This document shows positions 40,308-49,832 of a stretch of 64,000 nucleotides of DNA, piece after piece. This DNA comes from an uncultured Bacteroidaceae bacterium (lineage in GTDB: Bacteria > Bacteroidota > Bacteroidia > Bacteroidales > SM23-62). The stretch's first letter is position 1; every line of letters starts with the position of its first letter. A model generated the notes under the pieces. It ran no database searches, had not been told where the DNA came from, and saw only the letters and a program-made list of their open reading frames with translations. The translations under genes and the position numbers were made by a program. Location of the stretch: assembly GCA_964574985.1 (NCBI GenBank), contig CAZNPH010000002.1, positions 113,263-177,262 of the forward strand. Direction: 5' to 3'.

Positions 40308-41375
40308 TCACAGCCACTTTTTGATCTTCATATATACGAGCATGATGACCGCAATAACAACCATCAGGATCAAAACCGCAGGATAACCATATCTCCATTC
40401 CAATTCGGGCATGTTGGCAAAGTTCATTCCATAGATCCCGGCAATGAAAGTCAATGGGATAAAAATGGTGGCAATGACGGTCAGGGTCATCATGATATTG
40501 TTCATCTTGTTTGCCTGGTTGGTCCTTTGCAGGTCCATGAGTCCGGTATTCAGTTCGAGGAAGTGTTGTATAACTGCATTCGCATGTGACAGATGATCTT
40601 TCAGGTCATTGAAATGGGCGTAATTCCGTTCCTCGATCAGTTCGAATTCGGCTGTCTGTACCCTGCACATTTCATTCTGCAGGGGGGCAACCAGCTTGTT
40701 CATCGTCAAAATGATCTTTTTCAGTGAAAAAATATCTTCCGTTCGTTCTTCTTTGGGATTCTTTTGCAGCAAAAATTCCAGTGAATTGACCTGGTTGCTG
40801 AGTTCATCGAGGATGACCAGATATTCATCAACGATGCGGTCGACCAGCAGGTAAAACAAATAATCGGCTTTCCGGGATCTCATCCTGCCATGTCCTCTGA
40901 TGATCCTTTCCCGTATGGGTTCAAATACATCCTGCAATTCTTCCTGGAAGGAAATGACAAAATGATCCCCGAGAACAAGTCCGACGTGCTTCATTGTAAG
41001 CTCATGGGATACGGACTGGTACCGGAGCATTTTCATGATCAGGAAGAGACAATTCCGGAATTCTTCCACCTTGGGCTGTTGTTCCGTGTTCAGAATGTCT
41101 TCCAGCAAAAGAGGGTGAAGATCAAACCGGTTCCCGATTTTTTCAACCAGTTCCGGATTCTGAAGATTACTGAGATTGATCCAGTTAATGACATTTATGT
41201 CTGTTTTTTCCAGCAATTGCATTACCGGAAGCTGCTCAAAATCTTCACAGAATTCCGGAGAATATTGTACAAGGCGAAAAACAGGTTTTCCCGTGGTGAT
41301 TTCACCGGTATAGGACAGGGTGCCGGGTGGCTGACCGGACTTCCTGCCCAGTTTCAGAAATCTGGATTTTTGCAT
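40308..41375 (-). CDS. corA: Magnesium/cobalt transporter CorA
   Basis: The start was trimmed to ATG 41375 (MQKSRFLKLG). It has two C-terminal TM segments and the GMN motif (IYGMNFANMPE). Confidence 0.85.
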   Translation of the reverse strand: MQKSRFLKLGRKSGQPPGTLSYTGEITTGKPVFRLVQYSPEFCEDFEQLPVMQLLEKTDINVINWINLSNLQNPELVEKIGNRFDLHPLLLEDILNTEQQPKVEEFRNCLFLIMKMLRYQSVSHELTMKHVGLVLGDHFVISFQEELQDVFEPIRERIIRGHGRMRSRKADYLFYLLVDRIVDEYLVILDELSNQVNSLEFLLQKNPKEERTEDIFSLKKIILTMNKLVAPLQNEMCRVQTAEFELIEERNYAHFNDLKDHLSHANAVIQHFLELNTGLMDLQRTNQANKMNNIMMTLTVIATIFIPLTFIAGIYGMNFANMPELEWRYGYPAVLILMVVIAVIMLVYMKIKKWL

Positions 41376-41454
41376 GGTTACGGGTTTAATCGGCTTTATT
41401 AAAGATAACCAGATTTTTTGATATGGCACACCGCCATGCACATATTGTACAGGG

Positions 41455-43593
41455 TCAGAACCTGAAACGGCACTGCAGGGTCAGGTCGGAACGTTTGTTT
41501 CCCTCTGTGGCGGATAAGCCGCTGCCTACGCGGTCACGGTCATTGTATGCGGTCATGGCATATTTCATCCAGAGATCGATCTTTTCCGAAAGGGGGTAGC
41601 GCAGGTTCAGGTAGGTCCGAATGCCCCTTCCATAATAAGCCGGCACCGAAAAAGCATACAACACATCGTGTTCATAGGCATATATTCTGGCCGCATAATT
41701 TTCCACGTCGAACACTGCAATGCGGAAAGCCATCCTGAGGGGGAAATTCCCGAAATTCCCGGTGGCATCATGGTACAGTAAATACCCCGATGATTTTCCG
41801 TGGTCGGTATCTGTCGAAGCAGTGATTTCAACCCTGTTCCGGAACCTGAATTTTTCAGATATTTTGTAGGAAATATCATACCGGAATCCGGACAGCCTGT
41901 TTTTGCCTGTGGGTGCGATCCCGGGTTGCGCGGTTTGTGCGTCTTCTTCGCGCATTCGCATCCTGTAACGAATGTACATGGTGAGGTCATCACCGGCCAG
42001 ATATTTGCATTCGAAAAAATGATCATGGCCATGGGAAGGGCCACTGGTATTATATCGTACCCATGGAAATGAAAAAACGTCGAAATATCCCGAGATCATC
42101 CAGTTTTTAAAAGGTTCCAGGGACGTTCCCAGATAGAAACCGTTCTCATTGACCGCATTTTGATCTTCCCCGAACGCGTCTGCGTAAAGGGCCTGGTGAT
42201 TCTTCTGATACCATCTGTGCAGCAAGGCCAGCCGTATCATTGGAAAAGGATCGAAATTGATGCCATTAAGCAGGGCTTTCCCACGGTTTATGCTCATGGC
42301 CGCTTCCCCGAACATGGATACCCTGCCTGTCATCAGATGGTAATCGATGCCGAAATTTGTGTTGGAGGTTCCGCTGAACCGGTATTGATTCCACGGAGTA
42401 TCATCCCGTTTGAGTTCAGCGCCGAAAAAATAATGCACAGCGGTGAATCCGATTTCCAGCTTTTCGGAATTGTATCTGAAATGGCCGCCTCCGATGGTTT
42501 CCGGAACGGATTTTTCATCCTCAATTTCACGGGGGATCCTGTGCATGCCGGTTTCCTGAAAGGCTGAAAATACCACGGGTTTGTTGTTCGCCGAATCGTA
42601 TTTGACAATATTGCCATCCACTTTTTTGTGCGAAAAGAAAGTGGATAATTCAAAACGGTTGAATGCCAGTGTGGTGGCAATGCCCCTGAGGAAACGGTTT
42701 TCATTGGTGGAGGCGTAGGGAATAATGCCCGTGGCCTTTTTTCGTATGGAAACGGCGTAGGGTGATTTTCCGAAAGAAAGGCCCGACCAGAAATTCAGGC
42801 CCTGCCCCAGTCTCAGTTGATAATCTCCAAGAATGGCATTTTTTATTGTGCCCGGACCTGTTACGGCGATGTGCCCCGAATAAAAATCAAATCCGGTTTT
42901 GCTGGTTCCGGCAAAGAATTCTTCACCGGGATCCTTTTCGGCAATGAACCCTGCCCTGATCCTGCTACCCATGGCGTATTTGTAGCGGGCATAATATCTC
43001 CAGGGATTCCCCGGGTACCGGCTGTTGGGGTCGGGAATCCCTGCCGTGTCTCCCGGGGATGTATATCCTTCCTGTTGCTCCAGGACCCTTTTTGATCTCA
43101 GGATCAGTGAATGCCTGCCGTGCCGCCGCCAACCGGAAAATTTCAGGTCCCGTACTGAAGAAGGGACGGATTGAACAGTGACAAACGGACTGATCAGCCG
43201 GGCGATTTCTTCCGTAAATCCGTAAACCAGGGGTAATTCATAAATGGTTTCCAGGGGACCGTTGGTTTCAATGTAGGTATGCAGACTGCTCACCTGAAAA
43301 TCGGTCAGCACCTGTAATTTTTCCAGTTCATCCCGGGTTGCCGCGTTCAGGTTCAGTGGATCTTCAAGGAAACGGTTGAGATCGGCGAACAGGGTATTCA
43401 GATCGGTCTCGTCACCGGTGGATTCAAATATTTTTTCAGCATACTCCTCGATGACCAGGCTCCGGTTTTGATCACGGTTCTGGCCAAGAGCCCTGTGAAA
43501 TCCAGGCATCAGGAAAAACAGGGCGGGCAGAAAACATTTCAGTATTTTTTGAACCGGCTGGCCGGCAGAACAAAGGGATCCGGGGAAATGCAT
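41455..43593 (-). CDS. Outer-membrane beta-barrel-like protein with an N-terminal ComEA-type helix-hairpin-helix domain
   Basis: 712 aa with a signal peptide. HhH segment: LNLNAATRDELEKLQVLTDFQVSSLHTYIETNGPLETIYELPLVYGFTEEIARLISPFV. The ~550-aa remainder is rich in aromatic and Gly residues and ends ...LQCRFRF. Confidence 0.6.
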   Translation of the reverse strand: MHFPGSLCSAGQPVQKILKCFLPALFFLMPGFHRALGQNRDQNRSLVIEEYAEKIFESTGDETDLNTLFADLNRFLEDPLNLNAATRDELEKLQVLTDFQVSSLHTYIETNGPLETIYELPLVYGFTEEIARLISPFVTVQSVPSSVRDLKFSGWRRHGRHSLILRSKRVLEQQEGYTSPGDTAGIPDPNSRYPGNPWRYYARYKYAMGSRIRAGFIAEKDPGEEFFAGTSKTGFDFYSGHIAVTGPGTIKNAILGDYQLRLGQGLNFWSGLSFGKSPYAVSIRKKATGIIPYASTNENRFLRGIATTLAFNRFELSTFFSHKKVDGNIVKYDSANNKPVVFSAFQETGMHRIPREIEDEKSVPETIGGGHFRYNSEKLEIGFTAVHYFFGAELKRDDTPWNQYRFSGTSNTNFGIDYHLMTGRVSMFGEAAMSINRGKALLNGINFDPFPMIRLALLHRWYQKNHQALYADAFGEDQNAVNENGFYLGTSLEPFKNWMISGYFDVFSFPWVRYNTSGPSHGHDHFFECKYLAGDDLTMYIRYRMRMREEDAQTAQPGIAPTGKNRLSGFRYDISYKISEKFRFRNRVEITASTDTDHGKSSGYLLYHDATGNFGNFPLRMAFRIAVFDVENYAARIYAYEHDVLYAFSVPAYYGRGIRTYLNLRYPLSEKIDLWMKYAMTAYNDRDRVGSGLSATEGNKRSDLTLQCRFRF

Positions 43594-43602
43594 GGCCGAA
43601 GG

Positions 43603-44424
43603 TTATTGAAAAGCGAGCTGAAATGAAAAATGAGGGGTGAAACCCAGGATCTGATGATGGGTAAAAGCAACATCTGCACTGACCCTGCGGATATTGATGC
43701 CTATCCCGAAAGTATTTCTCACAGGGTTTGTGGAGACACCGGTCCGCAGATACAGATTCTCAATGATCCGGTACTCAATGCCTGATCTGAAAACAGCCGG
43801 ATTTTCCAGGTCTTTTTCCGTTTCCACGGAAAGGATCAGTTTTTCAAAGAACATATAGGAGAGTCCGCCCCTCATGATGGTAGGGATTTGTTCGTTTTCA
43901 TGTATGTTGGAAAGTCTGGCCCCGGTTGGATTGAAAATGTGGACACCGATGAAAAAATCCTCAGCTGGTTTCGCGATCAGTCCTCCTTCCACGGCAATGG
44001 TTCCTGTATTTCCTGTTTCATCCGCAATATATGTGTTGAAATAATTCAGCTGGATGCCTGCAGAAAAAACCTCATTCAATTTTTTGCCGAAACCGATCCC
44101 GATTTTGCTTTCGTTGTACAGCCGGTATCCGAAATAGGTATAATTGAGTCCGAATACACCTCCGGCGGCAGGCAGGGTGAATGCGAGTGAATGCAGGTTG
44201 TATTCGGGAACCACGAACATGTTCTCGTGATGAAAACCGATGGCCATCCGGTTGTAGATCCCGAGACCGGCCTGGTTATGATGAACCGACCAGATCCCGG
44301 CATGCATCACGGTTGCGTTGGCCAGGGCAGAGGCCCTTGCCCCCACGGGATGATTGTCGTTGGCTCCCGATGAAACGACACAATCCAGCAGTAAGGCGGT
44401 TATGATCAGCAACGGGGGTTTCAC
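43603..44424 (-). CDS. Small outer-membrane beta-barrel protein, PorV/PorQ-like
   Basis: 273 aa with a signal peptide. It has the motif GARASALANATV near the N-terminus, alternating beta-strand pattern, and ends ...SFQLAFQ. It lies 9 nt upstream of the HhH protein gene. Confidence 0.45.
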   Translation of the reverse strand: MKPPLLIITALLLDCVVSSGANDNHPVGARASALANATVMHAGIWSVHHNQAGLGIYNRMAIGFHHENMFVVPEYNLHSLAFTLPAAGGVFGLNYTYFGYRLYNESKIGIGFGKKLNEVFSAGIQLNYFNTYIADETGNTGTIAVEGGLIAKPAEDFFIGVHIFNPTGARLSNIHENEQIPTIMRGGLSYMFFEKLILSVETEKDLENPAVFRSGIEYRIIENLYLRTGVSTNPVRNTFGIGINIRRVSADVAFTHHQILGFTPHFSFQLAFQ

Positions 44425-44469
44425 CGAGAATATTTTATTTAAACATCTTATTATTAGCCTGTTGCAATA

Positions 44470-44982
44470 TCAGTTTGCCTTAAAGGGGAATTCAATTTTT
44501 TTCAGTTCTTTGTTGGCCTGCACGATTTTACCGGACAGGTTCTTTTTGAACGCCTTTACTTTTTCCAAAATCTTCCTGTCCCCGGCAGCCAGGATCTGGG
44601 CAGCCAGGATCGCTGCATTCCCGGCCCCGTTCAGTGAGACGGTTGCCACCGGTATGCCGGGTGGCATTTGCAAAATGGATAGTATGGAATCCCATCCGTC
44701 AAGGGAAATGGAAGCCTTGACCGGAACCCCGATTACGGGAAGCGGGGTAATGGCCGCGATGATCCCCGGCAGGTGAGCCGCACCTCCCGCTCCGGCGATG
44801 ATTACCCGGATCCCCCGTTTGTCCGCTTCACGTGCATATTCGATGGTTTGTTCCGGCGTCCTGTGCGCCGACAAAGCATTCATCTCAAAGGGGATTTCAA
44901 ATTCGTTCAGGATCTCTGCAGCTTTTTCCATGACCGGAAGGTCGGATGTGCTGCCCATAACGATTCCGATGCTGGGTTTCAC
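44470..44982 (-). CDS. purE: 5-(carboxyamino)imidazole ribonucleotide mutase
   Basis: 170 aa with an apparent GTG start. Contains IGIVMGSTSDLPVM and AGGAAHLPG. Confidence 0.9.
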   Translation of the reverse strand: MKPSIGIVMGSTSDLPVMEKAAEILNEFEIPFEMNALSAHRTPEQTIEYAREADKRGIRVIIAGAGGAAHLPGIIAAITPLPVIGVPVKASISLDGWDSILSILQMPPGIPVATVSLNGAGNAAILAAQILAAGDRKILEKVKAFKKNLSGKIVQANKELKKIEFPFKAN

Positions 44983-45056
44983 GAGAAATATATTTACGTT
45001 AAATATTTAATATTTAGCACTTTATAATGTCAGTTCTAACGCTTTGTTCTTTTATT

Positions 45057-45093
45057 GCCGGCCTCCCGCAGGCTGTCCACCTGCCTGGCCGGC
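45057..45093. other. GC-rich extended hairpin in the purE-hpt intergenic region
   Basis: GCCGGCC (45057-45063) pairs with GGCCGGC (45087-45093). An inner stem GCAGG (45068-72) pairs with CCTGC (45080-84). A second hairpin CCGGTA/TACCGG lies at 45114-45131. Confidence 0.4.
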
Positions 45094-45166
45094 GAACCCT
45101 CTTTTGTCTTCAACCGGTAGCTTGATACCGGATCGGTGATGGGGGTTTGACAGTTAATGGGCAACT

Positions 45167-45195
45167 TGCTGAAAAATCAGCAGTTTATTGTATTT
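45167..45195 (+). terminator. Terminator-like hairpin upstream of hpt (possible attenuator)
   Basis: TGCTGA-AAAA-TCAGCA (6-bp stem) is followed by GTTTATTGTATTTT. No upstream plus-strand gene exists for it to terminate. Confidence 0.3.
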
Positions 45196-45227
45196 TCGTA
45201 CAAAATAAGAAATCAAATGATTATTTC

Positions 45228-45761
45228 ATGAATGCCGTCAGGATTTTTGACAAGGAATTCCGTCTTATGATAAAATCAGGCGAAATATCCGCCTGTGTGG
45301 AACGACTTGCCGGAAGGATTTGCCAGCAGCATGAAAAAAACGAAGTGATTTTCATCGGGGTGCTGAACGGGGCTTTTGTTTTCGCATCGGATCTGATCAG
45401 GAGGATGCCCTTCATGGCAAGGGTTTCTTTTGTAAAACTCGCGTCCTACAGCGGGGGAAAAAGTTCCGGGGATGTGCAGGAACTGATCGGACTGGAAGAG
45501 GATATACGAGGAAAGACCGTGGTGGTGCTGGAGGATATCGTGGATACCGGATTGACCCTGGAAACCATTAACGGTATACTGGAACGGAAAAATCCGGAAA
45601 AGATTACCACGGTGACCCTCCTTTTCAAGCCGGATGCTTTCCGTGGGAAGGTTCGTCCGGATTACACCGGAATGGAGATACCCGGGGGGTTTGTGATCGG
45701 TTACGGACTGGACTACCGGGGTTACGGGCGCGGACTCCCGGATATTTATATGCTTGCATAG
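45228..45761 (+). CDS. hpt: Hypoxanthine phosphoribosyltransferase
   Basis: The start was trimmed to MNAVRIFDKEF. PRPP-binding motif VVVLEDIVDTGLTL is present. ~177 aa. Confidence 0.9.
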   Translation: MNAVRIFDKEFRLMIKSGEISACVERLAGRICQQHEKNEVIFIGVLNGAFVFASDLIRRMPFMARVSFVKLASYSGGKSSGDVQELIGLEEDIRGKTVVVLEDIVDTGLTLETINGILERKNPEKITTVTLLFKPDAFRGKVRPDYTGMEIPGGFVIGYGLDYRGYGRGLPDIYMLA

Positions 45762-45783
45762 AGCCGGAAATAGCATATTTTCC

Positions 45784-45791
45784 TAACTTTG
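45784..45791 (+). promoter_or_regulatory. Candidate -7 box (TAACTTTG)
   Basis: Matches TAnnTTTG, 31 nt upstream of ATG 45822. It overlaps the alternative start used by the ORF track. Confidence 0.45.
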
Positions 45792-45821
45792 TCAGCTCCA
45801 AAAAAAACTAAATATTATACC

Positions 45822-46394
45822 ATGCTGAATATCGTAATGTTTGGTCCTCCGGGATCCGGAAAGGGAACCCAGTCCGAAAAGATCATTGATCAATACGGAT
45901 TGGTGCATCTTTCCACCGGAGACCTCCTGAGGAGTGAAATTTCCGGTGACACACCCCTTGGCAGGAAAGCTGCCAGGATCGTGGACCAGGGAAAGCTTGT
46001 CCCGGATGAGATCGTGATCGGGATGATCCGGAACCAGCTTGACCAGGCGACTGATGCGCCGGGCTTTATTTTTGACGGATTTCCCAGGACTGCGGACCAG
46101 GCAAGGTCGCTTGACCGGTTGCTTGAGGAACGCGATACCGCCGTGTCTGTTATGATATCCCTGGACGTTGAACGTGAAGAGCTGATCAAGCGCTTACTGA
46201 AAAGGGGCAAGGAATCAGGACGGTCAGATGACAACCTGGAAGTGATCGAAAACAGGATCCGGGTTTATCATGAACAGACATCGCCGGTCATGGATTATTA
46301 CCGGAAAGCCGGGAAATTTGAATCTGTGAACGGAACCGGTTCAATTGAAGAGATTTTTGAAAGGCTGGTCCGGGTGATCGATTCCTACCGGTAG
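45822..46394 (+). CDS. adk: Adenylate kinase
   Basis: Begins [17 protein letters not shown] (P-loop) and has the short LID form. 190 aa. Confidence 0.95.
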   Translation: MLNIVMFGPPGSGKGTQSEKIIDQYGLVHLSTGDLLRSEISGDTPLGRKAARIVDQGKLVPDEIVIGMIRNQLDQATDAPGFIFDGFPRTADQARSLDRLLEERDTAVSVMISLDVEREELIKRLLKRGKESGRSDDNLEVIENRIRVYHEQTSPVMDYYRKAGKFESVNGTGSIEEIFERLVRVIDSYR

Positions 46395-46396
46395 CC

Positions 46397-47401
46397 ATGG
46401 AAGGATCGAATTTTGTCGATTATGTGAAAGTCTTTACCCGTTCAGGCAACGGCGGGGCAGGATCCGCTCATCTGCACCGGGAAAAATACAAACCAAAAGG
46501 AGGACCTGACGGAGGTGACGGAGGTCGTGGCGGGGATGTGGTGTTGCGGGGGAACCGGCAGCTCTGGACCCTTTTGCATTTGAAATATAAAAAACATGTT
46601 TTCGCGGAAAATGGCAAACCGGGTGCGGCATCCCTGAAGACGGGCGCTTCCGGCAGGGATGCGGTGATTGAAGTACCCCTGGGTACGATCGCGAAAGATG
46701 CCGGAAGCGAAAAAATACTGTTTGAGATCACCGGGGATGGCGAAGAAAAGTTGTTGAGGAAAGGGGGGCGGGGCGGACTCGGGAATTATCATTTCAGATC
46801 ACCGACCCGCCAAACCCCCAAATATGCCCAACCCGGTGAACAGGGATCGGAAGGCTGGAACATACTGGAATTGAAGATCCTTGCGGATGTGGGCCTTGTG
46901 GGTTTTCCCAATGCCGGCAAGTCCACCCTTCTGTCGGTTATGTCGGCTGCCAGACCCAAAATATCAGATTATCCGTTTACCACCCTTACACCCAATCTGG
47001 GCATTGTCCCTTATCGCAACAGCAGGTCTTTCGTGATGGCTGACATTCCCGGGATCATCGAAGGAGCAAGCGAGGGGAAAGGGCTGGGTCTCAGGTTTCT
47101 GAGGCACATAGAACGGAACCCTGTCCTTTTGTTCCTGGTGCCCTGTGATACCGGTAACATCAGGCAGGAATACAATATTCTTCTGAATGAATTGAAAAAA
47201 TATAATCCCGGGCTGCTGGACAAGCGCAGATTACTGGCCGTGACCAAGTCCGATCTGCTGGACGGGGAACTCATGGACGAGATCATGGACGAGCTTCCGG
47301 AGGTTCCCTGCCGCCTGATATCCTCGTTCTCAAAATACGGAGTGGGAGAATTGAAGGATATGCTCTGGGGACAGCTGAATAAAAAGGACGAAAATGCTTG
47401 A
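46397..47401 (+). CDS. obg: GTPase Obg/CgtA
   Basis: Obg fold ([10 protein letters not shown]) and G-domain ([24 protein letters not shown]). Confidence 0.95.
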   Translation: MEGSNFVDYVKVFTRSGNGGAGSAHLHREKYKPKGGPDGGDGGRGGDVVLRGNRQLWTLLHLKYKKHVFAENGKPGAASLKTGASGRDAVIEVPLGTIAKDAGSEKILFEITGDGEEKLLRKGGRGGLGNYHFRSPTRQTPKYAQPGEQGSEGWNILELKILADVGLVGFPNAGKSTLLSVMSAARPKISDYPFTTLTPNLGIVPYRNSRSFVMADIPGIIEGASEGKGLGLRFLRHIERNPVLLFLVPCDTGNIRQEYNILLNELKKYNPGLLDKRRLLAVTKSDLLDGELMDEIMDELPEVPCRLISSFSKYGVGELKDMLWGQLNKKDENA

Positions 47402-47996
47402 AGCATTGCTGAATATTGACCGTGAATTATTCCTGTTACTGAACGGATTCCATATATCCTGGATGGATCAGCCCATGCAGTGGGTCAGCGGGAGATTCTC
47501 CTGGTGGCCGTTATATCTGTTCATCCTTTTTTGGATGTTCAAACGGTACAGGAAAAAGACCCTGTTGATACTCCCGGTGCTGATTTTCCTGATAGCCCTG
47601 AGTGACCAGACATCGGTTCATTTGTTCAAAAATGTTTTCCAGCGGCTCCGGCCCTGCCATGAAAATGAGATGGTCCGGACAGTACACCTGGTAGAGGACC
47701 ATTGCGGAGGGTTGTATGGATTCATTTCTTCCCATGCATCCAATGTTTTTGCTGCAGCTGTGTTTCTTTCCCGGCTTTTCAGGAAACCCTGGTTCTCCTG
47801 GACGGTCTTTGCCTGGGCCGTACTTGTCGCTTACAGCCGGATCTATCTCGGCGTCCACTACCCGGGGGATGTACTGGGAGGTGCCTTATGGGGTTTCCTG
47901 ATGGGATATGGTTTTTACCGGTTGATGGTTCAGGCGACCGGAAAATATGTATCAGGAGCAAACTGGTGGACAGGAACCGGTCACCCTGTCCGGTAA
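47394..47996 (+). CDS. PAP2-family membrane phosphatase
   Basis: Motifs [14 protein letters not shown] and [12 protein letters not shown], corresponding to KxxxxxxRP / SxH / SRxxxxxHxxxD. Confidence 0.8.
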   Translation: MLEALLNIDRELFLLLNGFHISWMDQPMQWVSGRFSWWPLYLFILFWMFKRYRKKTLLILPVLIFLIALSDQTSVHLFKNVFQRLRPCHENEMVRTVHLVEDHCGGLYGFISSHASNVFAAAVFLSRLFRKPWFSWTVFAWAVLVAYSRIYLGVHYPGDVLGGALWGFLMGYGFYRLMVQATGKYVSGANWWTGTGHPVR

Positions 47997-48008
47997 ATTA
48001 GAATCATC

Positions 48009-48989
48009 ATGCATTGTTTCATCAACAAACGGACCGATCCCTGTTTCAATCTGGCAATGGAGGAATATCTGCTGAAACAGTCCGATAAGGAATATTTTAT
48101 ATTGTATAGAAATGATCCCTGCATCGTTGTCGGAAAGCATCAGAATACACTGGCCGAGATCAACCTGGAATACATCATGGACAAGCAGGTTACAATCGCA
48201 AGAAGATTGTCGGGAGGGGGAGCCGTTTACCATGACAGGGGAAATTTGAATTTTACCTTTATCCGGAACGGGAAAAAAGGAAAAATGATCAATTTCAGGA
48301 TGTTTACTCAACCGATCCTGGAAGTTCTGTGGTCACTTGGCCTGCCGGCCCGGTTCGAAGGGAAAAACAATCTGACCCTTTACGGCAGGAAGATCTCAGG
48401 CAATGCGGAGCATGTATTCAAAAACCGGGTCATGCATCACGGGACCCTGTTGTTTGAATCATCCCTGGAAGACCTGACCACGAGTCTGCGTACAGGACCT
48501 TCTGAATATCTGGACCGCGCGGTGCAGTCTGTCCGGAGTCAGGTTACCAACATAACCGAACACCTGGGGAAGCATATGAACATGGATGATTTTGCCAGGA
48601 TGATCCTGGATCATATCATGAAGACATACCGGGAAGCACAACCATATACTCTCAAACCGGAAGAATCTGAGGCCATTCATGCATTGGAAAGGGAAAAATA
48701 TTCAACATGGAAGTGGAATTTTGGCTATTCCCCTGATTATGAGCTGAAAAGAGAGATCAAACAGGAAGGGAAAAGACTGAATACCCGTCTGCTGGTTCAA
48801 AAAGGGTATATCGGGCGGATGGAGATCACGGGCGACCTTCTGGATGACCGTGCTGCCGGACAGATCATCCGGATCATGACAGGCAGTGCCCATGAGGTCC
48901 GGCGGATCAGAAAAAAGCTTAAACCGGTCTTTGACCAGACATCCGGCGGTTCACTGTCCGTTGACCGATTCATCCGGGCATTGTTCTGA
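48009..48989 (+). CDS. lplA: Lipoate--protein ligase
   Basis: 326 aa. Contains RRLSGGGAVYHDRGNLNFTF and KISGNAEH. Confidence 0.85.
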   Translation: MHCFINKRTDPCFNLAMEEYLLKQSDKEYFILYRNDPCIVVGKHQNTLAEINLEYIMDKQVTIARRLSGGGAVYHDRGNLNFTFIRNGKKGKMINFRMFTQPILEVLWSLGLPARFEGKNNLTLYGRKISGNAEHVFKNRVMHHGTLLFESSLEDLTTSLRTGPSEYLDRAVQSVRSQVTNITEHLGKHMNMDDFARMILDHIMKTYREAQPYTLKPEESEAIHALEREKYSTWKWNFGYSPDYELKREIKQEGKRLNTRLLVQKGYIGRMEITGDLLDDRAAGQIIRIMTGSAHEVRRIRKKLKPVFDQTSGGSLSVDRFIRALF

Positions 48990-49040
48990 AAGTCTGTGAA
49001 CACTGACCGGCGAATCCGGTGAATGACGGCAAAAACTTTG

Positions 49041-49048
49041 TAGATTTG
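49041..49048 (+). promoter_or_regulatory. Candidate -7 box (TAGATTTG)
   Basis: Matches TAnnTTTG, 20 nt upstream of ATG 49068. Confidence 0.45.
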
Positions 49049-49067
49049 AAAGAAACCGGTTGCAGTT

Positions 49068-49832
49068 ATGAAAAAGCTTGCCGCATGGATTTTTTCTTTG
49101 ATGTACTGGTTGTTTTTTGTGACCAGCTGTATTTTCTTTTTTGCCGTTGCTTTCGTCATATGGCTGTTTACTTTCCTGTTTGACAGGCGCTTGTATATTT
49201 TGCATACATATTCAAGTTTCTGGGGTTCTGTCTATATATGGCTGAATCCTTTATGGCGTGTCAGGATCCTGGGCAGGGAAAACGCAAAAGCCGCCGGTCC
49301 CTGCATTATGGTTTGCAACCACCAGTCCATGCTGGATATTCTGGTCCTGTACAATCTTTTCCTGAACTTCAAATTTGTGTCCAAAAAAGGGATTTTCCGC
49401 CTGCCCCTGATCGGATGGCTGATGAGAATGAACCGGTATCTTGAAGTGGACAGAAAGAAACCGGAAAGCTACCACAGACTGCTTCGTTCTGCAGCCATGC
49501 ATCTGGAACGGGGCAGTGCCCTGCTGATGTTTCCCGAAGGGACAAGGCGGCCGGCAGGCGGATTGGGAAATTTTAAGGAAGGCGCATTCAGGATGGCCCT
49601 GCAGAACCGTGTCCCCTTGCTTCCCATTGTTCTGGAGGGAACAGGAGGGGCCATGTCGGGGAAATTTCCCGTGATGAAAAAAAAGCAAACCATCTACGTA
49701 TCAGTCATGACCCCCATACCCTATTCCTTTTTCCGTGATATGCCCCCTGCCGATCTGCTTGAACACACCCGGAAAAAAATGAAAAAGACCTATGCGGACC
49801 TGAAGCGTTTTCGGAACAACCAGTCATCATGA
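49068..49832 (+). CDS. plsC: 1-acyl-sn-glycerol-3-phosphate acyltransferase
   Basis: N-terminal TM segment and acyltransferase motifs NHQSMLD and FPEGTR. Confidence 0.85.
   Translation: MKKLAAWIFSLMYWLFFVTSCIFFFAVAFVIWLFTFLFDRRLYILHTYSSFWGSVYIWLNPLWRVRILGRENAKAAGPCIMVCNHQSMLDILVLYNLFLNFKFVSKKGIFRLPLIGWLMRMNRYLEVDRKKPESYHRLLRSAAMHLERGSALLMFPEGTRRPAGGLGNFKEGAFRMALQNRVPLLPIVLEGTGGAMSGKFPVMKKKQTIYVSVMTPIPYSFFRDMPPADLLEHTRKKMKKTYADLKRFRNNQSS

Noticed and set aside
44983-45227. Guanine/adenine or ZTP (pfl) riboswitch between purE and hpt.
   Set aside because: The conserved purine-riboswitch junction (TATAAT...TATGG...CTACC) is not seen. Neither is the ZTP 3' element CCGCCTGGGC; only loose similarity exists (CTGGCCGGCGAAC). 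The region is kept only as an unassigned structured region.
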